Shown: positions 25,031-37,166, numbered from the stretch's first letter. The stretch is DNA of 64,000 nucleotides from Hemiscyllium ocellatum (GCF_020745735.1 NW_026867498.1:1639822-1703821), one strand, 5' to 3'. Translations and numbers: made by a program. The notes: generated from the sequence alone by a model not told the origin.

Positions 25031-26793
25031 GGCTCAAGGGCGGAGGAGCGGTAAGTGGTCCAACTAGTCATGGAGATGTACAGCTTAGAAATAGACCCTT
25101 CGGTTCAACCTGTTAATGCCAACCAGATATCCCAACCCAATCTCATCCCAACTGCCAGCATTTGGCCCATATCCCTTCAAACCCTTCCTATTCATACACC
25201 TGTCCAGATGTCTTTTAAATGTTGCAATTGTACTGGCCTCCACCATTTCCTCTGGCAGCTCATTCCATACACGTAATACCCTCTGTGTGAAAAGGTTTCA
25301 CCTCAGATCTCATTTGTATCTATTCCCCTCACTCTAAACATATGCCCTCTAGTTCTGGACTCTTTTCTCCCCGACCCCCTCCCCTGGATAAGGCTTTGTC
25401 TATTTATCCTATCCATGCCCTTCATGATTTTATAGGTTACTCGTTAGCCTCCAACGCTGAGGGGAAACAGCCCTCGCCTCCCTATCGATCACATCCTCCA
25501 ACCCTGGCAACATCCTTGTAAATTTTTTCTGAACACTTTGATGTTTCACAACATCTTACCGATACTAAGGAAACCAGAATTGCACACAATATTCCAAATG
25601 TGGCCTAACCAATGTCCTGTACAGCCACAACATAACTTCCCAAATCCTATACTCAGAGGATTGGGGAACTTTTCAAAACCTACAAAAGACAACTGGGAAA
25701 GAATGGAGGGACAAACCGAACCTTTGAGGGTCAGCTTGGAGGCATCAAGGTCTCAGGACAGGGTGGGGATGATCCCAGCTATGGGCCACATACCAGCAAA
25801 TGGGACTAGATTGATTTAGGATATCTGGTCAGTACAGGCGTGTTGGACAGAAGGGTCTGTTTCTGTGCTGTACATCTCTATGTCTCTGGCTTTCCACTAA
25901 CTTTTGCCACGTCAATAGGTTCACTTTCTCTCTAATGTCGGCGTTAATGCCTTGACGTCTCATTTTGCTCCCACCTTCCTGGGGACATTAACCATCTTGT
26001 GGCTGGTCCTTGCTCAAGAAGCTGCGAGGCAGGTTCACCCTGAATTGGCACACTTTTTTTTTTGCTTCCCAAAATCAGACCTGCTCACTCTCAGCAGGAC
26101 CCCAGTGTTGGGAAAGATATTAACTTTCAGGTGGAGGTATCAAAAGTTCAGAGAGATGTCAGTCTTGACATTTTTGCTTTTTCTGTCCCTGTAAGATCCT
26201 GAATTAGCACCTTCAGGGGAATTAGTTAGAGCGGAGTGAGAACAGAGGGGGAGGGAGAGTGGGATGTGCTTTAAATTTTGTGGGATAACAAAAGAAAAGA
26301 ATGTTCTGCAAAAAGTAGAATTGCTTGTTCAGAATTTCTACCCTGCACTGACAATGATGACTTTTGTAATCTATTCTGACAGAATTTTTGAAGATTTGAA
26401 GAGGGAAGTTTTAAAATCAACAGATGAAGGGCTTAAAACCGAAACATTGACCCTCCTGCTCCTCGGATGCTGCCTGACTCCCCTGTGACTTTCCAGCGCC
26501 ACATTTTTCGACTGACTCTCCAGCATCTCCGGTCCTCACTTTGATGTCAATGTCTAACAGTCACTCAGTCCACTGGGGCCAGCAAAGATTTTCGCCGTGA
26601 TTTCTGAGAGAGGAATCAAAGCTTTTTGGTTCCTGTCTGAGTATGTTTTCAGCATCAGTGGGACTGGACGAGACACCCCACTGTTGCAGTGCACTGTGTG
26701 TGGAGCGTGAAACAGCTTAAAAAAGGCCTGGGAAGGGGATTTCACGGCAGGGAGGGGCTCTACACGTGTTTGTGTGCAGCTGAAGCTTTGGCC

Positions 26794-27930
26794 ATGGAGA
26801 AACCTGAGGAATCCCGCCCTGTGGAGAAACCGTGGAAGTGTGGGGACTGTGGGAAAGGCTTCCGTGTCCCGTCTGCCCTGGAGACTCATCGGCGCAGTCA
26901 CACCGGGGAGAGGCCATTCCCTTGCACCGACTGTGGGAAGGCCTTCAGACATTCCTCCCACCTGCTGGCCCACCAGCAGGACCACACGGGGGAAAGGCCC
27001 TTCAGCTGCCCCGAGTGCGGGAAGGCCTTCGTGTTTTTCTCCGCCCTGTTGGCCCATCAGCGGGTCCACACAGGAGAGAGGCCGTTCAGCTGCCCAGAGT
27101 GCGGGCAGGCTTTTACCAACAACTCCACCCTGCTGAGGCACCAGCGGATCCACACGGGGGAAAGGCCCTTCAGCTGCCCTGAGTGTGGGAAGGCCTTCAG
27201 CTATTCCTCCACCCTGCGGAGCCACCGGCGTGTCCACACCGGGGAGAGGCCCTTCAGCTGCCCAGAGTGTGGGAAGGCTTTTACCAACAACTCCACCCTG
27301 ATGAGGCACCAGCAGATCCACACTGGGGAGAGGCCGTACATCTGCTCTCAGTGCGGGAAGGCCTTCAGCAATTCCTACACTCTGCTGACCCACCAGCGTG
27401 TCCACACGGGGGAGAGGCCGTTCACCTGCTCTCAGTGTGGGAAGGGCTTCACCTGCTCCTCCCACCTGCGGAGCCACCAGCGGGTCCACACGGGGGAGAG
27501 GCCCTTCAGCTGCCCCGAGTGCGAGAAGGCTTTTACCAACAACTCCACCCTGCTGACCCACCAGCGTGTCCACACCGGGGAGAGGCCGTTCACCTGCTCA
27601 AAGTGCGGGAAGGGCTTCACCTGCTCCTCCATCCTGCGGAGCCACCAGCGGGTCCACACCGGGGAGAGGCCCTTCAGCTGCCCCGAGTGCGGGAAGGCCT
27701 TCAGCACATCCTCCTCCCTTCTGAAGCACCAGCGGGTCCACACCGAGGAGAGGCCTTACATCTGCTCTCAGTGTGGGAAGGGCTTCAGGTCTTCCTCCAA
27801 CCTGCTGACCCACCGGAGGGTCCACACCGGGGAGAGACCTTACACGTGCTTTCACTGTGGGAAGGGTTTCACCCGCCGCTCCCACCTGCGGAGCCACCAG
27901 CGAGTTCACGTGCCATCGCAGAGGGATTGA
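26794..27930 (+). CDS. C2H2 zinc-finger protein C, 378 aa, 13 fingers, no KRAB/SCAN/BTB domain visible
   Basis: Kozak-like gccATGG at 26794. Uninterrupted ORF of 13 CxxC-x12-HxxxH units with TGERP linkers, ending HVPSQRD*. Confidence 0.9.
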   Translation: MEKPEESRPVEKPWKCGDCGKGFRVPSALETHRRSHTGERPFPCTDCGKAFRHSSHLLAHQQDHTGERPFSCPECGKAFVFFSALLAHQRVHTGERPFSCPECGQAFTNNSTLLRHQRIHTGERPFSCPECGKAFSYSSTLRSHRRVHTGERPFSCPECGKAFTNNSTLMRHQQIHTGERPYICSQCGKAFSNSYTLLTHQRVHTGERPFTCSQCGKGFTCSSHLRSHQRVHTGERPFSCPECEKAFTNNSTLLTHQRVHTGERPFTCSKCGKGFTCSSILRSHQRVHTGERPFSCPECGKAFSTSSSLLKHQRVHTEERPYICSQCGKGFRSSSNLLTHRRVHTGERPYTCFHCGKGFTRRSHLRSHQRVHVPSQRD

Positions 27931-28635
27931 AGGAGTGACGGGCGAGTCCCATTATCGATTGGACTATCAACCCGGTTCCGGGGACTCCCAGGTTTGAATC
28001 CCGCCACGACAGATGGCAGACTTGGTATTCGGTCAGAAATGTGGAATTCGGAATCTAACGAGACCATTTCAGGGAGGAGGTGGTGCAAGGGAGAAAGCCC
28101 CCATCTGATTCCCTCTCTCCCTTGTTAGGGAAGGGAACCCCCATTGTGGGAAAGGATACACTCAAGTCGTTCCAGCTGCATCCTTTACCCGGTCTGGCCT
28201 ACACGTGACTCCAGACCCACAGCAGTCTGGTTGACTCTACACTGCCCCTTCCTGGTAAAGGAGCGGGGAGAAACTTACTTGGAGACAGGGTATGGGTTGA
28301 AATTGCTGAGTGAGGCAATACTTCCTCCGGGTTACGGCTGTGCCAAGGATCCAATTACAAAGGGACAACTTGGTGCTGGCCAATAGTAAAGACAGTGAGG
28401 GGGGTGGGGAGGGGGCCAGGGGAGGTGTGGTGTGTGCACTTTCACCTTGAGCTGTTCGAAAAGCAACTACTTTTTCTCTGCCTTTTTGCTGGGGGGATCT
28501 GAAGCTGTAACAAAGTTGGGTTGCAATAAAGGTTACCTGAAATTACCACCGGGCTCAGACTCTCATTGAAAGCTTTGAGCTCCAAGAGGTTTTTGTTTTA
28601 AAGCTGCTCATTTATTTCAGCCTCATGCACTAAGT

Positions 28636-30325
28636 TTAGAACATAGAACAATCCAGCGCAGAACAGGCCCTTCGACCTTCGATGTTGTGCCGACCTGTGA
28701 ACTATTCTCAGCTCATTCCCCGACACTATCCTAAAATCATCCATGCACTTATCTAAGGATTGTTTAAATCTCCCTAATGTGGCTGAGTTGACTACCTTAG
28801 CAGGTAGGGCTTTCCATGCCCTTACCACTCTCTGTGTCAAGAACTTGCCTCTGACATCTGTCTTAAATCTATCACTCCTCAATTTGTAGTTATGCCCTCT
28901 CGTACATGCTAACGTCATCATCCTAGGAAAATGTCTTTCTCGGTCTAAACTTTCTCATCCTCTGATCATCTTTTATGTCCCTATCAAATCCCCCCTGAGC
29001 CGCCGCCTTTCCAATGAGAAAAGACCCAAGTCTCTCAGCCTTTCCTCATAAGACCTTCCCTCCAGTCCAGGCAACATCCGGTAAATCTCCTCTGCACCTT
29101 TTCCAATGTTTCCACATCCTTTCTATGATGGGGCGACCAGAACTGTACACAATATTCCAAGTATGGCTGCACCAGTGTTTTGTATAGTTGCAGCATGATA
29201 TTGCGGTTCTGGAACTCAATCCCTCTCCCAATGAAAGCTAACACACCGTGTGCCTTCTAAACAGCACTGTACACCTGGGTTGCAACTTTCATGGATTTAT
29301 GCACATTATTAAGATCCCTCCGCACATCCACAATACCAAGAATCTTTCCATTGACCAACTACTCTGCCATCCTGTTATTCTTCCCGAAGTGCATCATCTC
29401 ACATTTAGCTGCATTGAACTCCATTTGCCACCTCTAAGCCCAATTCTGCAGTTTATCCAAATCCCCCTGCAATCTGTAACATTCTTCCAAACTGTCCAGT
29501 TCTCCACCGACTTTAGTGTCGTCTGCAAATTTACTAATCCATCCACCTGTGCCTTCATCTAAGTCAGTTATAAAAATGACAAACAGCAGTGGTCCCAAAA
29601 CATCCTTGTGGAACACCACTAGTAACTTGACTCCAGACTGAGTATTTTCTATCAACCACCACTCGCTGCCTTCTTCCAGTTTCTCATCCAAACTGACGAA
29701 GGGCTCTGGCCCGAAACGTCAAATTTCCTGTTCCTTGGATGCTGCCTAACCTGCTGTGCTTTAACCAGCAACACATTTTCAGCTCTAATCCAAACTGCTA
29801 AACCACCCTCAATTCCATGCCTCTGTACTTTCTCCATCAGCCTACCATGTGAACCTTATCAAAGGCTTTACTGAACCAAGTATACCACGTCAACTGCTCT
29901 ACCCTCATCTGCATGCTTGGTCACCTTCTCAAAAAACTCAATGAGGTTTGTGAGACACGATCTGCCCTTGACAAAACCATGTTGACTATCTGAAATTAAA
30001 TTGTTGCTTACTAGATGATTATAAGTTTTATCTCTTATAATCCTTTCCAAAATCTTTCGTACAATAGAAGGAAGGCTCACTGATCTATAATTACCTGGGT
30101 CATCTCTGCTGCCCTTCTTGAACAAGGGCACAACATTTGCAATCCTCCAGTCCTCAGATACTAAACCCGTAGACAATGATGACTCAAATATCAAAGCTAA
30201 AGGCTCTGCTATCTCCTCCCTAGCTTCCCAGAGAATCCTCGGATAAATCCCATCCAGCCCAGGGACTTTTCTACTTTCACTCCTTCTTGAATTGATAACA
30301 CCTGTGTGTGACTAACCTCGATCCT
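28636..30325 (-). mobile_element. CR1 LINE ORF2 (RT) fragment downstream of gene C
   Basis: DWRIANVVPLFKKGSRDDPGNYRSVSL...QHGFVKGRSCLTNLIEFFE and VLGPLLFVIFITDL...SKFADDTK. Tail agaacatagaaca. Confidence 0.95.
29693..29790 (+). mobile_element. Short Penelope pLTR insertion in the CR1, with hammerhead core and about 10-bp TSD
   Basis: CTGACGA-agggctctggccc-GAAACGTC. atccaaactg is repeated on both sides. Confidence 0.8.
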
Positions 30326-33300
30326 TTCGAGGAGAAAGTGAGGACTGCAGATGCTGGAGATCAGAGCTGAAAATGTGTTGCTGGAAAAGCACAGCAGGTC
30401 AGGCAGCATCCAAAGAGCAGGAGAATCGATGTTTCAGGCATAAGCCCTTCTTCAGGAATGAGGAAAGTGTGTCCAACAGGCTAAGATAAAAGTGGGGGAA
30501 GAGGGACTTGGGGGAGGGGCGTTGGAGATGCGATTGGTGGAAGGAGGTCAAGGTGAGGGTGGTAAGCCGGAGTGAGGTGGGGGTGGAGAGGTCAGGAAGA
30601 AGATTGCAGTTTAGGAAGGCGTTGCTGAGTTCGAGGGATTTGACTGAGACAAGGTGGGGGGAGGGGAAATGAGGAAACTGGAGAAATCTGAGTTCATCCC
30701 TTGTGGTTGGAGGGTTCCTAGGTGGAAGATGAGGCGCTCTTCCTCCAACCATCGTGTTGCTATGGTTTGGCGATGGAGGAGTCCAAGAGCCTGCATGTCC
30801 TTGGTGGAGTGGGAGGGGGAGTTGAAGTGTTGAGCCACGGGGTGGTTGGGTTGGTTGATCCGGGTGTCCCAGAGGTGTTCTCTGAAACGGTCTGCAAGTA
30901 GGCGGCCTGTCTCCCCAATATAGAGGAGGCCACATCGGGTGCAGCGGATGCAATAAATGATGTGTGTGGAGGTGCAGGTGAATTTGCAGTGGATATGGAA
31001 GGATCCCTTGGGGCCTTGGAGGGAAGGAAGGGGGGAGGTGTGGGCGCAAGTTTTGCATTTCTTGCGGTTGCAGGGGAAGGTACCACGAGTGGAGGTTGGG
31101 TTGGTGGGGGGTGTGGATGTGACGAGCGAGTCACGGAAGGAGTGGTCTTTCGGAACGCTGATAGGGGAGGGGAGGGAAATATATCCCTGGTGGTGGGGTC
31201 CGTTTGGAGGTGGCGGAAATGACGGCGGATGATACGCTGTATATGGAGGTTGGTGGGGTGGTAGGTGAGAACCAGTGGGGTTCTGTCCTGGTGGCGGATG
31301 AAGGGGTGGAGCTCAAGGGCGGAGGAACGGGAAGTGGAGGAGATGCGGTGGAGGACATTGTCGATCACGTTGAAGAAGGAGGCTATCTGGGTTGTATGGT
31401 ATTGAAACTGGTCCTCCTGGGAGCAGATGCGGCGGAGACGAAGGAATTGGGAATATGGGATGGCGTTTTTACAGGGGGCAGGGTTGGAGGAGGTGTAGTC
31501 TAGGTAGCTGTGAGCGTCAGTCGGTTTATAGTAAATGTCCGTGTTGATTCGGTTATCCGAGATAGAAATGGAAAGATCTAGGAAGGGAAGGGAGGGATCT
31601 GAGACGGTCCAGTTGAATTTGAGGTCAGGGTGGAAGGTGTTGGTAAAGTGGATGAACTGTTCAACCTCCTCGTGCGAGCACGAGGCAGCGCTAATACAGT
31701 CATCGACGTAGCAGAGGAAAAGGTGGGGCTGGTGCCAGTGTAGTTGCGGAAGATGGACAATTCCACATATCCTACGAAGAGACAGGCATAGCTGGGGCCC
31801 ATGCGGTTGCCCATGGCTACTCCTTTGGTTTGGAGGAGTGGGAGGATTGGAAAGAGAAGTTGTTCAGGGTGAGGACCAGTTCAGTCAGTCGAAGGAGGGT
31901 GTCAGTGGAAGGGTACTGGCTGGGTCGATGGGAAAGGAAGAAGCGGAGGGCTTTGAGTCCTTCATGATGGGGGATGGAGGTGGAAAGGGACTGGATGTCC
32001 ATGGTGAAGATAAGGCGTTGGGGACCGGGGAAGCGAAAGCCATGGAGGAGGTGGAGGGCGTGGGTGGTGTCCCGAACTTATGTGGGGAGTTCTTGGACTA
32101 AGGGGGACAGGACCGTGTCGAGGTATGCAGAGATGGGTTCGGTGGGGCAGGAGCAGGTTGAGACAATGGGCCGGCCGGGGCAGTCAGGTTTGTGGATTTT
32201 GGGCAGGAGGTAGAAACGGGCAGTGCAGGGTTGTGGGACTGAGGTTGGAGGTGGTGGATGGGAGATCCCCTGAGCTGATGAGGTTATGCATGGTCTGGGA
32301 GATGATGGTTTGGTGGTGGTCAAGGGGGCAGAAGGAGGAGGTGTCCATGAGCTGGCGTTTAGCCTCACCGGTGTAAAGGTCGGTGTGCCAAACTACTACC
32401 GCACCTCCCTTGTCTGCCAGTTTGATGGTGAGGTTGGGATTGGAGCGGAGGGAGTGGAGGGCTGCATATTCAGTGGGTGAGAGGTTGGAGTGGGTGAGAG
32501 GGGTGGAGAGGTTGAGGCGGTTAATGTCGCGGCGGCAGTTGGCTATAAAGTGATCGAGGGCAGGTAAGAGGCCAGCACGGGGCGTCCAGGTGGATGGGCT
32601 ATGTTGGAGGCGGGAGATGGGGTCGTCAGAGGATGGGCAAGAATCTTGGTTGAAGAAGTAGGCAGGGAGGCGAAGGCGGCGGAAGAATTGTTCGATGTCT
32701 CGCCGCGTGTTGAACTCGTTAATCCGAGAGCGTAGGGGAATGAAGGTGAGGCCTCTGCTGAGGACTGATCTTTTATCCTCAGAGAGGGGGAGGGCTGGAG
32801 GGATGGTGAAAACACGGCAGGGCTGGGCACTAGGACCTGGTGTGGGGCTGGAGCTAGGAGTGAGGGTGGGTTTAGGGGCGGGGACGGGGATGAAGATCGG
32901 TGTGGGGGCGGAGTTGGGCATGGTGACAGAGATCGGCGTGGGGGCGGAGACACATGCGGCGTTGTGGTCGTGCGGGTTAGTGATGTCACTGGGGGCGGAA
33001 GTGGCTGCGGCGATGGCAACCCAAGGGGCTAAAGTGGCTGTGGCGACGAAAGAAACCATGTTATTCCCGATAGCCGTGGAGGTCACAAACTGGCCATAAC
33101 CACGTCCAGGCAGCGGGCCGTGGAGGGGGTCGTTAGGGCCGACTGCCTTACCCCTCTTCCGCGGTTACGTTAGAGCCCGGGTGTCCTTGGAGAAGGAGCA
33201 CGCGGTGTCCACCAACACCTTGGAGTTGTTCAGGGGGAGGTGGGTGCCGCAGGGAGTGGAGTGCATCATTTCCCCCTCCAACTCTAATTTGATTGAGTCC

Positions 33301-33539
33301 CTGCCCTCCCCTTCACTGATTGATCACACAGCATTGCCCTTTGATGTGAAGGGCACTGCTTGTCACTGGCCACCCGGGTGTTTTCCTATCTTCCTGGTGG
33401 TGGGAATTGAATAAAGATTGGTGCACTTTGTTTCTCTCACTGTGTCTCATACCTGCTCACACACAACATGGTGCTGGGGAAAAAATAAGCACGACCGCAG
33501 TGAGGCGGTAGGGTGGGGGTTAATGTAAAAAAAGGGAAT

Positions 33540-34080
33540 AAACACTAGAACAAAGGACCCAATAGCCAGCACGAGCCAAACTAACGTAGTTTACAAAATA
33601 CCATGCAAGGACTGCACAAAACACTATTTAGGACAAACAGGAAGACAGCTAACAATCCGCATCCATGAACATCAGCTAGCCACAAAACGACACGACCAGC
33701 TATCTCTAGTAGCCACACACTCAGACAACCATGAACATGAATTTGACTGGGAAAACACTACCATCATAGGACAAGCCAGACAGAGAACAGCCAGGGAATT
33801 CCTAGAGGCATGGCATTCATCCACAAACTCCATCAACAGACACATTGACCTGGACCCCATATACAAACTACTACAGCTGAAACTGACACCCGGAAGCGGC
33901 AAGAACAAACCAATATAAATACTGGAAGAAACATCAAAGCAGCGCTTCACAGGAGGCTCCAATAGCACTGATGATGTTCCCCAGCCAGGGAACGAAACGT
34001 TTGCAGCAAAAACTTCCAGCTCGGCGAACAGAACCACAACAACGGACACCCGAGCTACAAATCTTCACCCAGACTTTAAA
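33540..34080 (+). mobile_element. Nested Poseidon-type Penelope 3' fragment (GIY-YIG plus pLTR)
   Basis: NVVYKIPCKDCTKHYLGQTGRQLTIRIHEH...AREFLEAWHS...NRHIDLDPIY. Confidence 0.88.
33965..34004 (+). ncRNA. Minimal type I hammerhead ribozyme motif
   Basis: gca-CTGATGA-t-gttccc-cagcca-gggaac-GAAAC-GTT-tgc: intact core, 6-bp stem II, palindromic ACGT stem III and 3-bp stem I. Confidence 0.75.
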
Positions 34081-34212
34081 GGGAAAAAACAAACAGGAGA
34101 TTTATGTTAGAGCCCGGGTGTCCTTGGAGAAGGAGCAAAAATAAATACTGTCACTATGACAGGACAGGCCCCACATTCCTTCCCCTCCGTCCCCCCCCAC
34201 AACCTGCCTCAC

Positions 34213-34467
34213 CTTTCACCTCCCGGGCCCAGTACCTTCCAGGTGGCCCCAGAGTTGACACAGGGGCCGCCCCACGACCAGTAGAACTCCACCACCCAGG
34301 CGCCCGACCAGTTCCCAAGCAGGTCCTTAACCCCATCCGCCTCCAGAATGTTCACCGGCTCCTGGCTGCTGTACAGCCGGCCGGTGTGGCCGTGACACAG
34401 CAGCTGCGCCAGGAAGGCGGCGGCGGCGGCCAGTGCCGGGTGTCTGCCCCGGGCCGCACGGCGCCAT
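34213..34467 (-). pseudogene. QSOX-family (QSOX1/QSOX2) exon 1, complete copy B, inactivated
   Basis: ATG at 34467. MAPCGPGQTP(+1)ALAAAAAFLAQLLCHGHTGRLYSSQEPVNILEADGVKDLLGNWSGAWVVEFYWSWGGPCVNSGATWKVL(+1)AREVK, then phase-1 donor GTGAGG at 34212. CGHC has become GGPC. Confidence 0.88.
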
Positions 34468-34745
34468 TTTCCTAACGGCCGCCCTCCCGCCGCTTCCTCG
34501 CTCGAGCGACTTCTCCTCCCAACCGCCTTCGCCCCCGCGTGACGTCTGCACGGGGGAATGGGCGGGGCCGGGGGAGCCTCACCGTCACCAAGCAACAGCC
34601 ACCTCGCGCTACAACTGCTCATTCACAAAAACAAACTCTCCTGTCTCGCTCTGCAGCTGCAGGGGGGGACACTGCCACGTTTCGAGGAGCCCTGTCTACA
34701 TTGGGAAAGCTCACCGCTCCATTTAAACAGATATTCCCACATCTC
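34460..34745 (-). promoter_or_regulatory. CpG-island promoter carried with the QSOX exon
   Basis: YY1-like CGCCATTTT over the ATG, CRE-like GTGACGTC, GC boxes GGGCGGGG. Confidence 0.65.
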
Positions 34746-36068
34746 ACTTGCCTGCATTTGGCCCATTTCCCTCTAAACCTTTCTATTCATGTACCCATCC
34801 AAATGCTGTTTCAATGTTGTCACTGCACCTGCATCGACCACATCCTCAGCAAGTTCATTCCACATGCAACTCACTCTCTTTCAAAATGTTGCCCCTCCGC
34901 TTCCTTTTAAATCTCTCTCCTTACATTAAAAAAAAAGCTCCCCGAGTTTTGAGTTCCCCTACGCTAAGCAAGAGCCATTTTCTATTCACCTTCCCTCCAC
35001 TCCTCATGATTTTATCAATCTCAATGAGGTCAACCCCCAACCTCCTGTGCTCCAGTGAATAAAGTCCCAGCCTCTCCTTATAACTCAAACCCTCCAGTCC
35101 TTACAACATCCTGGTAAATCTTTATTAAACCCTCTCTAATAGTATTCTTCCTAATACAGGGTCACCAGAACTGTACTCAGTACTCTGAAAGTGGCCTCAC
35201 CAACATCCTGTACAACCTCAACATGATGTCCCAACCCCTCTCCTCAATGGTGTGAACAATGAAGGCAATGTTGCAAAACGCCACCTTAACCACCCTGTCT
35301 ACCAGTGATGCAACCTCCAAAGAACTATGTACCTGAACACCCCAGCCCCATGTCTGTCTGTTCCATAACACGACTCATGGCCCGATCATTATCTGTACAA
35401 GTCCTTGTTTTGGCAAAAATGCAACCCCTTGCTTTTAATAAGCCTCTCTCTCACACACATATCCATCTCTCACACAGACAACACACACCCCTTAACACTC
35501 TCACACTCACAGCCTCATACTCCATCACACACTCACTTTCCCAAGCATGCACACTCACACACAAACTCACATGCACACGCTCTCATTCTCTCATGCACAC
35601 ACACACACGACTCTTTGGGTTGAAATTGTATTGGCAGAATTATATTTGCAGATACATTTAATTTTGTTCAAAAAGCACACAATCTGCAGGCAGTCAATGC
35701 ATGTAATATTTTACAAATTCCAACTTTGGAAACAGAACCAGTCTGACTCAAGATTGGAATACAGACAGACTCAAATCTCATATCTTTAATGCATTGTCTG
35801 AGGGGAGATATCTTTGTTTTATAAAACCTTAAGTTATCTCAAGAACATTGTTACATATTAATGAACCAAAGCCTGCACCCATTCTAAGAGATGAAGACTA
35901 TCTAAGTTTGTTCAATATATCAGTTGCATGACACTGATCTTTTGATATAAGTTCTGTGTCTTATGACGCTGTTCCATGAGGCTTATATATTGATGAGCTG
36001 AAAATGTGTTGCTGGAAAAGCGCAGCAGGTTAGGCAGCATCCAAAGAGCAAGAGAGTCAACATTTCGA

Positions 36069-36470
36069 GCTGAGAGACTTGGGTCTTTTCTCATTGGAAA
36101 GAAGGTGGTTAAGGGGGGATTTGATAGAGACATAAAAGATGATCAGAGGATTTGATAGGGTAGACAGAGAAAGACTTTTTCCTAGGATGATAACGTTAGC
36201 TTGTACGAGGGGGCATAACTACAAATTGAGGGGTGATAGCTTTAAGACAGATGTCAGAGGCAAGTTCTTTACACAGAGAGTGGTAAGGGCGTGGAATGCC
36301 CTACCTGCTAAGGTAGTCAACTCAGCCACATTAGGGAGATTTAAACAATCCTTAGATAAGTGCATGGATGATTTTGGGATAGTGTAGGGGAGCGAGCTGA
36401 GAATAGTTCGTAGGTCAGCACAACATCGAGGGCCGAAGGGCCTGTTCTGCATTGGATTGTTCTATGTTCT
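36069..36470 (+). mobile_element. CR1 3' end downstream of gene D (same insertion as 6660-7455 and 28636-30325)
   Basis: GFDRVDRERLFP...TQRVVRAWNALP. Shares the 3' junction tgttctaaac.tagtgcagg with the other two copies. Confidence 0.9.
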
Positions 36471-37166
36471 AAACGTAGTGCAGGAGGCTGAAAGAAATGA
36501 GCAGCTTTAAAACAAAAACCTCTTGGAGCTCAAAGCTTTCAATGAGAGTCTGAGCCCGGTGGTAAGTTCAGGTAACCTTTATTGCAACCCAACTTTGTTA
36601 CAGCTTCAGATCCCCCCAGCAAAGAGGCAGAGAAAAAGTAGTTGCTTTTTGAACAGCTCAAGGTGAAAGCGCACACACCACACCTCACCTGCCCACCCCC
36701 CCCACCTCACTGTCTTTACTATTGGTCAGCACCAAGCTGTCCCTTTGTATTTGGATCCTTGGTTCAGCTGTAACCCGGAGGAAGTATTGCCTCACTCAGC
36801 AATTTCAACCCATACCCTGTCTCCAAATAAGTTTCTCCCCGCTCCTTTACCAGGAAGGGGCAGTGTAGATTCAACCATACTGCTGTGGGTCTGGAGTCAC
36901 GTGTAGGCCAGACCGGGTAAAGGATGCAGCTGGAACGACTTGAGTGTATCCTTTCCCACAGTGGCGGTTCCCTTCCCTAACAAGGGAGAGATGGGGGCTT
37001 TCTCCCTCTACCACCCCCTCCCTGAAATGGTCTCATCGTTAGATTCCGAATTCTACATTTCTGACCAAATACCAATTCTGCCATCTGTCGTGGCGGGATT
37101 CAAACCCGGGAGTCCCCGGAACCGGGTTGATATTCCAATCGATAATGGGACTCGGCCGTCTCTCCT

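Larger units (their letters stand above)
10617..29040. repeat. Left arm of giant inverted segmental duplication
   Basis: Co-linear reverse complement of 36069-64000. Anchors: 10617/64000, 13893/60717, 14820/50039, 18908/45955, 26794/37580, 29040/36069. Confidence 0.95.
30330..34137 (-). mobile_element. Near-full-length Penelope-like element, Neptune type (RT, Cys linker, GIY-YIG), disrupted
   Basis: [63 protein letters not shown], the FPCNRKKCKTC linker and IYCIRC..LYIGET. 3' pLTR has a hammerhead-like motif at about 30427-30456. The 5' boundary is approximate. Confidence 0.9.

Noticed and set aside
26554-27938. Long antisense and alternate-frame ORFs over the zinc-finger arrays (for example 26554-27573, 27183-27938, 8521-9291, 51203-52120)
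   Set aside because: These are shadow ORFs expected from GC-rich, stop-poor tandem C2H2 codons. There is no independent evidence for them.
34209-34622. A thioredoxin gene suggested by the WGGPC motif
   Set aside because: The context matches QSOX exon 1. The first Cys is lost, there are frameshifts, and no downstream exons are present in the window.
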